In this document: positions 57,100-64,000 of the stretch, in pieces | Layout of the letters: each line of letters starts with the position of its first letter | How positions within the stretch are numbered: the first letter of the stretch is position 1 | Source: Candidatus Cloacimonadota bacterium | GTDB lineage: Bacteria > Cloacimonadota > Cloacimonadia > Cloacimonadales > WRIO01 | DNA length: 64,000 nt | Direction of reading: 5' to 3' | NCBI GenBank assembly: GCA_009777575.1 | Contig: WRLO01000002.1 | Location: 28,386 to 92,385, forward strand | The notes under the pieces: model-generated | The model's database searches: none | Told to the model about the DNA's origin: nothing | The model's input: the letters and a program-made list of their open reading frames with translations, nothing else | Position numbers and translations under genes: made by a program

Positions 57100-60000
57100 A
57101 AAAGATAAAAGATAAAAGATACAAGTTACGAGTTACGAGTTACGGGTTACGAGTCGGAAAGTGCAAGAATAGAGCAGTTGGATTCTTGATTCTCCTTTTT
57201 TTACTATCACTAATTCAAGGATGCCCAACCCATAGCAAAGATGAACCTATCAGCGGGACAAGGACATATATAGATTTTGTAGACACAGGAAAAAGATTTG
57301 GTGTCGAGGCAGGCGATGTATATGGAGACCTTGCTAGAGATTTTTTCGTCGCTAGGTCTGTTAAGGAAAATATAAATATAGCTGATTTGTTAGACCCTCT
57401 TAAAAGAAAAAGAATAGATGCGATATTAGTGGGAAGTGATTATTTAACTCAATTGTTAGATTCAGGTATCTATAATGAGTTTGAATATTTATGGTTACCT
57501 GAATCTGTTTTTGTGAAAAAATCCTCATTTATATTTCATTCTGAGAGTTTGAGAGATCAATACAATGAGTGGTTTCAAGGTATCAAATCGGATGGAACTT
57601 TTCAGACAATTTTAGACAGGTGGTTGGGAGGCTCGCTACCCAATCATAGCGATATCCCTGTTTTTGAATTTAGTGATGAAAACGGCATCTTAAGAATCGC
57701 AGATACAGGAAATTACCCGCCTTTGAGTTATCTTGATGCACAAGGAAATTTAATTGGTTTTGGAGCAGAACTGGCAAGCCATTTTGCTCAGCATCTTGGT
57801 ATGAAACCAGAGTTTTCATTAATGCCATATGAAAATATAATTTCCAATGTCGTTTCTGAAAGAAATGATATGAGTTCAGCAACAATGTCTATTTCAGATT
57901 CAAGAAATAATGAACTTTTTTTTGGAGATCCTTCAAATATTACAAGAGCTGTTTTGATAGTGCCAAGAGGTCGAAAACTTGGTGTTGACATCTATGATTT
58001 TGTGGGACAGAGATTGGCAATATTAACAAGCTCTCATGCAAAAAATGTTGTTCAGGAAATTAAAGGATTTCCTGTCAGTTATGATAGTATTTCTGATGCA
58101 GTAGATTCTGTTCTGCGAAGCCAAATCCTTGGTTTTATGTCACCTTTTTCGGTCTTAAGATCAATCTCTATGTTAGAAGGTGGGGGACTTTTAGATGTTA
58201 TTGCTGTTCCAGTTGAAATTGACTATACAGCTGTTGGTGCAATGTCAATGAATCAAGATATTATTGACAGCTTTAATGATTTTCTGGAAATGATTACAAA
58301 CGATGGGACGCTACATAGTTTACAAAATAGATGGTTTATTTCGAATGTTGATTATAATCACAAAATTGATTATTTTCTCGATAATCCTCCCAATATGCAA
58401 GGAGCGAATCTACGAGTTGTTGTAAATGCTGAAGCAATACCTTATGTTTTCATTAATACTGATGGTAATTTTTCTGGATATAGCGCTGAGCTTGCGCTGC
58501 GATTTGGTGATTATATAGGGAGAAATATAGATTTTATTAATGCACCTTTTGGGGAAGTTATAAATATCGTTGAGCAAGGATTAGCTGATTTTAGTATAGA
58601 CAAATTTGGCATAACTGAAGAGAGACAGCAAAGAGTCTTATTTACAAACCCTATATATTCAGAACGAAATGGTATATTATTCTTGAGACAATTAGATGAC
58701 TCAAGAGAAGAGATAGATGATTATAGAAAATTTATTAATAAAAGAATAGGTATGTCTATAGGCTCGCTTGCAGAAGGAGTTACTATAAATCATTTGAAAG
58801 GTGTTCCTGTATTTTTTACTTACTACTCTGCATCCATAGCTGATTTAAGAGCAGGAAGAATTGATGGGCACATGTCAGATTTATCTACCCTAAATGCTTT
58901 AGCTGCTATGCCTGAAAACCACGATTTACATGTATATGAGATACCTAGCAGTATTTTTAGTTCTCCAATAGGTGCATTTTCAAATGACCAAGCTTTAATA
59001 GATAGATTTAATGCTTTTCTTACCGAATTAGAAAGGCTCGGTATGTTAAGAGAAATACAGAATCGTTGGTTTTCAACACCTATAAATCTTGACTCAAGAC
59101 TACATTCATTATCAAATGTAGGTGCAAATGGAGTTTTAAGGGTTGCAACCAGCGATGGAAGTCCTCCTTATTCTTTTGTAGGGAACGATGGAGAAATGCA
59201 AGGATACAGCATAGAGCTAATCAGATTGTTTGCCAATCATGAGGGTTTGATGATACGGTTTGCTGAAATGAATTTTGATGCTCTTTTGACTTATGTCAGC
59301 ACTGGTAGAGCTGACATAGGGATCTCCAATGTGAGTATTTCAGAAGGGCGAAGGCAGATAGTAAATTTTTCCAATCCCATTTACTTTGATAGATTTGGGA
59401 TATTAGCCTTAAAAACTGAAACTCAATTAGAAAATCAACCTCTTGTCCTAACAGATTTTTTTGGAAAAAGAATTGGAGTCACCTTTGGAACAAACTTTGA
59501 TAGTATTACAACAAATGTGATCCAAGGGATACCTGTTTATTACAATGATTTCAATTCGGCATTGACTGATATAATTGCTGGCAGATTAAATGGATACATG
59601 TTGAATTACACAGTGGCAAGTATGCTGGAAACTGTAGCATCATCAAGTTTTGAAATCATCGAATTGATGCCCACAGAAATGTTTATTACGCAAGTAGCCG
59701 CTATCTCTAAAAATAAAGATTTATTAGATAGGTTCAATCTTTTTTTAGAAAATATCACCACAGATGGCACTTTAAATGAGATACAAAGGACTTGGATGTT
59801 CTCTATGCCAAAACCAGATATCAGACTGACAGAATCTTCCTCAAGAGGTGAAAATGGCGTGTTAAGAGTTGTAACATCTGGAGCAACTTTACCTTTTTCT
59901 TTTTACAATGAAGACAATGAGCCTGTAGGTTTTAGTTTAGAAATTGCTAAAAGATTTGCAGATCATGAAAATATGAGCATAGATTTTGTTCACACAAACT

Positions 60001-60911
60001 TAAGTAGAATATTCAGATATATTGAGGATGACAACGCTGATATGGGTTTTGATTTATTTCAAATTCCTGAAGAACAGACAAGCAATATTCTTTATTCTGA
60101 CCCATTTTTCTTGTGTAATGCCTCAATAGTCGCTTTTAGAGACGCTCCAGATCAAAATGTTAATTATTTTTCTAAAGCATGTTCTTGGATACAAACAGGT
60201 ATTCAAAAAAATCTAATCACCGATAATCGTTGGAGATTGCTTTTAGATGGTTTCAAAATAACAATGTTCATTACGATTTTAGCACAAATTTTTGGAACCA
60301 TTCTGGGTAGCTTTATTTGCTTTTTAATGGTTAAAAAAAATAAATTTTTAAGAACTATTGGCAATCTTTATCATGAAATTATTTGTAGAATACCAAAAGT
60401 AGTATTGCTTTTAGTAGCATATTATATTCTTTTTAATAAAACATCGCTATCAAATGTTATGATAGCTGTTTTTGCCTTTACGATGATTGCCAGCTCCAAC
60501 ATTGCTAGAGTTTTTAGAAATTCATTTTACAATATCAATGTTATGGAAAAAGAAGCGGCAAAGACTTTAGGTTTTACGAATATACAAACTTTCATTTATA
60601 TCACTTTACCGCAATTAATTCAGCAATCAATTGTTGCCTACACAAAAGACTTTATAGAGCTTCTCAAAACGACTGCAATTGTTGGGTATATTGCTATCCA
60701 AGACTTGACAAGAGCAGGTGAAATAATCAGGAGTAGGACCTTTGATGCCTTTTTCCCTTTGTTAGTTGTTACACTCATTTATATGTTGGTCATTACAATA
60801 TCCATTTTTATTTTTAAGATTCTCGCTATGAAAATAAATAAAAATTTGCCTTTCTATGATAAATCTCTGCATGTTAACGCTCTTGACAAGCTTACAGGAG
60901 GTATCTCATGA
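57096..60911 (+). CDS. Fusion of multiple family-3 (polar amino acid) substrate-binding domains to an ABC permease
   Basis: Four GKRIG-type and four NG.LRV-type lobes; C-terminal TM domain with EAAKTLG (EAA) motif; ATGA overlaps on both sides. Confidence 0.88.
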   Translation: MKKIKDKRYKLRVTSYGLRVGKCKNRAVGFLILLFLLSLIQGCPTHSKDEPISGTRTYIDFVDTGKRFGVEAGDVYGDLARDFFVARSVKENINIADLLDPLKRKRIDAILVGSDYLTQLLDSGIYNEFEYLWLPESVFVKKSSFIFHSESLRDQYNEWFQGIKSDGTFQTILDRWLGGSLPNHSDIPVFEFSDENGILRIADTGNYPPLSYLDAQGNLIGFGAELASHFAQHLGMKPEFSLMPYENIISNVVSERNDMSSATMSISDSRNNELFFGDPSNITRAVLIVPRGRKLGVDIYDFVGQRLAILTSSHAKNVVQEIKGFPVSYDSISDAVDSVLRSQILGFMSPFSVLRSISMLEGGGLLDVIAVPVEIDYTAVGAMSMNQDIIDSFNDFLEMITNDGTLHSLQNRWFISNVDYNHKIDYFLDNPPNMQGANLRVVVNAEAIPYVFINTDGNFSGYSAELALRFGDYIGRNIDFINAPFGEVINIVEQGLADFSIDKFGITEERQQRVLFTNPIYSERNGILFLRQLDDSREEIDDYRKFINKRIGMSIGSLAEGVTINHLKGVPVFFTYYSASIADLRAGRIDGHMSDLSTLNALAAMPENHDLHVYEIPSSIFSSPIGAFSNDQALIDRFNAFLTELERLGMLREIQNRWFSTPINLDSRLHSLSNVGANGVLRVATSDGSPPYSFVGNDGEMQGYSIELIRLFANHEGLMIRFAEMNFDALLTYVSTGRADIGISNVSISEGRRQIVNFSNPIYFDRFGILALKTETQLENQPLVLTDFFGKRIGVTFGTNFDSITTNVIQGIPVYYNDFNSALTDIIAGRLNGYMLNYTVASMLETVASSSFEIIELMPTEMFITQVAAISKNKDLLDRFNLFLENITTDGTLNEIQRTWMFSMPKPDIRLTESSSRGENGVLRVVTSGATLPFSFYNEDNEPVGFSLEIAKRFADHENMSIDFVHTNLSRIFRYIEDDNADMGFDLFQIPEEQTSNILYSDPFFLCNASIVAFRDAPDQNVNYFSKACSWIQTGIQKNLITDNRWRLLLDGFKITMFITILAQIFGTILGSFICFLMVKKNKFLRTIGNLYHEIICRIPKVVLLLVAYYILFNKTSLSNVMIAVFAFTMIASSNIARVFRNSFYNINVMEKEAAKTLGFTNIQTFIYITLPQLIQQSIVAYTKDFIELLKTTAIVGYIAIQDLTRAGEIIRSRTFDAFFPLLVVTLIYMLVITISIFIFKILAMKINKNLPFYDKSLHVNALDKLTGGIS
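57101..57156 (+). repeat. Eight consecutive degenerate heptamers at the 5' end of the CDS
   Basis: AAAGATA x3, CAAGTTA, CGAGTTA x2, CGGGTTA, CGAGTCG. Confidence 0.75.
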
Positions 60912-61996
60912 ACATTCTTTCAATAAAAAATCTCTGTAAACAATACGGTGAAAAGACTGTTTTACAAAATGTCAACATCGATATAAAAAAAGGGGAAATT
61001 ATAGCTATAATAGGACATTCTGGTTCTGGAAAAAGTTCATTATTAAGAGCTATAAATTATCTTGACCCACCAACATCTGGTGAAATTTATATTTTTGATA
61101 AAAAAATAGAACAAAAAGATATATCTTCCATTAGACAAAAAATTGGTTTGGTAGATAATCAGACTGAGTTGTTCAGCAATCTTACTGTCATTGAAAACAT
61201 GATGTTAGGGCAATTGTGTCTGTGTGGGGTTACAAAAATGGTTGCTAAAGATAATTCTATGTTACTATTGAAATCAGTAGGTCTTGTAGAAAAAGCAAAT
61301 TTTTATCCACATCAATTAACTAAAAGTCAAAAACTGAGAATTGCTATTGTCAGATGTCTTTCCATGAATCCAAATATCTTGCTTCTTGATGATCCCACAA
61401 AAGATTTAGAACACATTGCTTCAAATGAAGTAATGACAATAATCAAAAATTTAACACAAACATCTTTTCCGAGTAAAGACCTGACTATCCTGATGTCCAC
61501 TAGTGATAGAGACTTTATTCGTAATGCTGCTACCAGAGTTCTTTATTTAGATGAAATGGGTATTTATGAAGAAGGAAGCCCTGTCAAAATATTGGAAAAA
61601 CCTAAAAAAACTTTGACAAAAGGATATATAAACAATCTTTGCTCTTTTAAATATGATGTTATAAGCAAAGATTTTGATTTTGTTGAGTTTTTTAGTGCTA
61701 TCGACAGTTATTGTATTCGCTATTTTATAGAAAAGAAAACAGCTATTAAACTAAGATTATTGGCTGAAGAAATGGTTATTAATATTGTTACACCTATATA
61801 TAAGGCTTGTAAATTGAAAATGAGTTATTCTGAAAAATCAGACTCATATCTGCTCTCAATTTCTTATCTTGGTGATGATACAAATGCTCTCGAAATAACT
61901 GATGACCTAATCTCAGTTAAAATGGTGAAAAAATGCACTACAAAGATTTGGCATACATACAAAGATGGTGAGAATGTCGTAAATTTGGAATTTTAA
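60908..61996 (+). CDS. GlnQ-like ABC ATP-binding protein with degenerate catalytic motifs and a C-terminal RsbW-like domain
   Basis: Walker A GHSGSGKS intact; signature LTKSQ, Walker B LLDDPT, H-loop STSD; tail EEMVINIV..MVKK..DGENVVNL. Confidence 0.82.
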   Translation: MNILSIKNLCKQYGEKTVLQNVNIDIKKGEIIAIIGHSGSGKSSLLRAINYLDPPTSGEIYIFDKKIEQKDISSIRQKIGLVDNQTELFSNLTVIENMMLGQLCLCGVTKMVAKDNSMLLLKSVGLVEKANFYPHQLTKSQKLRIAIVRCLSMNPNILLLDDPTKDLEHIASNEVMTIIKNLTQTSFPSKDLTILMSTSDRDFIRNAATRVLYLDEMGIYEEGSPVKILEKPKKTLTKGYINNLCSFKYDVISKDFDFVEFFSAIDSYCIRYFIEKKTAIKLRLLAEEMVINIVTPIYKACKLKMSYSEKSDSYLLSISYLGDDTNALEITDDLISVKMVKKCTTKIWHTYKDGENVVNLEF

Positions 61997-62074
61997 CAGC
62001 TCATCAATATTCTAAAAAATAGCTTTTGTTGATGCAATAATGCTGTCCAATAAAGATTATAAATAGGAGATTAT

Positions 62075-62476
62075 ATGCTACCAGAAAACGAACTTTTAAT
62101 AGAGTCAATACCAGAAAACCATAGTATGGTAATGGATTTTGTCGACAGTCAAATTTCAGATTGTCCAGACGATGTCAAAGATCAAATCAATATTGCTGTA
62201 GATGAGATATATTCAAATATAGTTCAATATGCCTATCATCCTGAAACTGGTGGTGTAAAAATCCGTATCACTGTCACTGATGTTATCATATTGGAATTTG
62301 AAGACAAAGGAATTCCCTATAACCCGCTGACTGAAGAAACTCCAGATATCAATAAACCTATTGAAGAAAGACCATTAGGGGGGCTCGGCGTGTTTATGGT
62401 GAAAAAACTGATGGATTCTGTTGAATATAAAAGAGTGGGCGGGAAAAATTTGCTGATTTTAAGAAAAAAACTATGA
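62075..62476 (+). CDS. Anti-sigma factor Ser/Thr kinase (RsbW/SpoIIAB-like HATPase_c)
   Basis: DEIYSNIV (N-box), EDKG and GGLGVFMVKKLMD motifs; AGGAG RBS. Confidence 0.93.
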   Translation: MLPENELLIESIPENHSMVMDFVDSQISDCPDDVKDQINIAVDEIYSNIVQYAYHPETGGVKIRITVTDVIILEFEDKGIPYNPLTEETPDINKPIEERPLGGLGVFMVKKLMDSVEYKRVGGKNLLILRKKL

Positions 62477-62497
62477 TGATAGTTGTAAAATAAAAAT

Positions 62498-63652
62498 ATG
62501 TTTGATCTGAAAAATTTATATATTATACGAAAAAAATTTCATCGGATACCTGAACTTGCTTTCCAAGAAATCAAGACTCAAGATTTGATTTTAAGTGAAT
62601 TTGCTGATAAAAGCATGATGAAATCAACATTGCCTTTGAGTAAAGAAGCTAATACAGCCCCTTTGTTGTTAACAAAATTTGAACCTACTGGTTTATTATA
62701 TGAATATGCAAATGGTGATGGTGACTACATTCTTTTCAGGGCAGATATGGATGCTCTACCGATAAAAGAAGAAACTGGATGTGATTTTCAATCAGAGCAT
62801 AGCGGTGTATCACATGCCTGCGGGCACGACATACATTTGACTATATTGATAGGTTTGATCCATTATGTAATTAAGTATAAACTAAAAAAAAATATACTTT
62901 TCCTTTTTCAACCAGCAGAAGAAGGTCACGGAGGTGCAGAACATATCATAAAAACTGGGGTTTTTGAAAAATATAAAATAAAAGCCGCTTTTGCTCTGCA
63001 TATAACAGGACAATATCCAACTGGTTCTATAGGCATAAAATCTGGAATTTTCTTTGGTATCCCACAAGAATTTGATATAGAATTTTTTGGTAAATCAGGG
63101 CATGTAGCAACCCCTCAGAAAGGTAACGATGCTTTTATGGCTGGAATGCTGTATTATCAGATGATAAAAAATATGCTTTCCAATAGATTTCCAGCTCAAG
63201 AGCCTATCATTTTTCATATTGGTAAGATTTCATCTGGCTCTGTCAGAAATAGTATTCCTGATTATTGCAAATTTGAGGGGACTTTTCGCTGTCTTAAAAA
63301 AGAGGTTCGAGATAGTATTTTAAATATGCTCCAAAAATCTTCAGAAATGCTCGAAAACTTCACAGAAATAAAAATCAAAGTAACAACCCTATCTTCTTAT
63401 GATCCTGTCGTAAACGATGATTTTTTAACAAAATTCTTAATAGAATCATTACCAGAGGATATAAATGTCCATTATGCTGATTATACAATGACTGGTGAGG
63501 ATTTTGGCTTTTTTTCTGGATTGTTTCCAAGTGTTCTTTTCTGGCTTGGGACAAATAGCAATGATGATTTACATTCAAATAAATTTTTACCAGATGAAAA
63601 AAGTATAGAAATAGCTTTGAGAATATATAAAAACATTTTAGAAAAAATCTGA
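62498..63652 (+). CDS. M20-family amidohydrolase (N-acetyldiaminopimelate deacetylase-like)
   Basis: HRIPEL, RADMDALP, HACGHD, FQPAEEG and GEDFG motifs. Confidence 0.88.
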   Translation: MFDLKNLYIIRKKFHRIPELAFQEIKTQDLILSEFADKSMMKSTLPLSKEANTAPLLLTKFEPTGLLYEYANGDGDYILFRADMDALPIKEETGCDFQSEHSGVSHACGHDIHLTILIGLIHYVIKYKLKKNILFLFQPAEEGHGGAEHIIKTGVFEKYKIKAAFALHITGQYPTGSIGIKSGIFFGIPQEFDIEFFGKSGHVATPQKGNDAFMAGMLYYQMIKNMLSNRFPAQEPIIFHIGKISSGSVRNSIPDYCKFEGTFRCLKKEVRDSILNMLQKSSEMLENFTEIKIKVTTLSSYDPVVNDDFLTKFLIESLPEDINVHYADYTMTGEDFGFFSGLFPSVLFWLGTNSNDDLHSNKFLPDEKSIEIALRIYKNILEKI

Positions 63653-63706
63653 TGACTATTTTAGAGTTATCTCATAAATATATTACTAAATATTAAGGAG
63701 AAAAAA

Positions 63707-64000
63707 ATGTTTTTCGACCCAACATTTTTGCTGTTAATTCCCGTAATGATATTGGCTATCTGGGCACAAACAAATGTCAAAAGTTCATACAAAAAGTATA
63801 GTCAAGTCAAAAATTCAATTAATATCTCTGGAGCTGAAGCTGCAGAGCAAATACTCAAGAAAAACGGTATTTATGATGTCCCCGTGCATGTCGGTAAAGG
63901 ATTTTTGATAGACCATTATCATCCGGGTAAAAAAGAGGTTGTCCTATCCGAAGAGGTTTATTATGGAACATCAATAGCTTCTCTAAGCATAGCTGCCCAT
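63707..64000 (+). CDS. YugP-like neutral zinc metallopeptidase, truncated by the window end
   Basis: AAGGAG RBS; MFFDPTFLLLIP..SGAEAA..L..DHYHP..SIAAH, ending where the HExxH motif would begin. Confidence 0.8.
   Translation, partial: MFFDPTFLLLIPVMILAIWAQTNVKSSYKKYSQVKNSINISGAEAAEQILKKNGIYDVPVHVGKGFLIDHYHPGKKEVVLSEEVYYGTSIASLSIAAH

Noticed and set aside
1-64000. rRNA, tRNA or transposase genes
   Set aside because: No such sequence was recognised by eye; tRNAscan-SE, Infernal and ISfinder runs would be needed to exclude them formally.

Overview
AT-rich bacterial chromosome segment, most likely from Candidatus Cloacimonadota (FCB superphylum). This assignment is inferred from the style of the C-terminal FlgD-Ig/T9SS-like sorting domains, an SprA homolog and adjacent GGGP/DGGGP synthase genes. 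Left end (1-9 kb, + strand): ArsR-CadA metal efflux pair, Na+-decarboxylase beta subunit plus an unannotated small subunit, nusB, GT2, radical SAM and thiD. 9-26.5 kb (- strand): seven secreted proteins with a shared C-terminal sorting domain. Five of them form a cassette-like array of GLUG/FN3 proteins with near-constant ends, variable cores and a recent 4853-bp-period duplication. 27-46 kb (- strand): housekeeping and envelope genes (rho, cysS, rsmD, kdsD, thrS), including a GGPP synthase-DGGGP synthase-GGGP synthase triad for archaeal-type ether lipid precursors. 46.5-54 kb: coaX and sprA. 54.5-62.5 kb: a partner-switching operon (STAS, Cache-HAMP-PP2C, RsbW) with an embedded amino-acid ABC module. 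The ATPase of that module has lost most catalytic motifs and is fused to a degenerate RsbW-like domain; this is my best candidate for an undescribed system (a transporter repurposed as a sensor). Several families of short palindromic repeats (GTAG- and TGTC-tagged) and heptamer tracts are scattered through the window, some inside coding sequences. No rRNA, tRNA, CRISPR array, integrase, transposase or reverse transcriptase was recognised. All assignments are by motif recognition without database searches.
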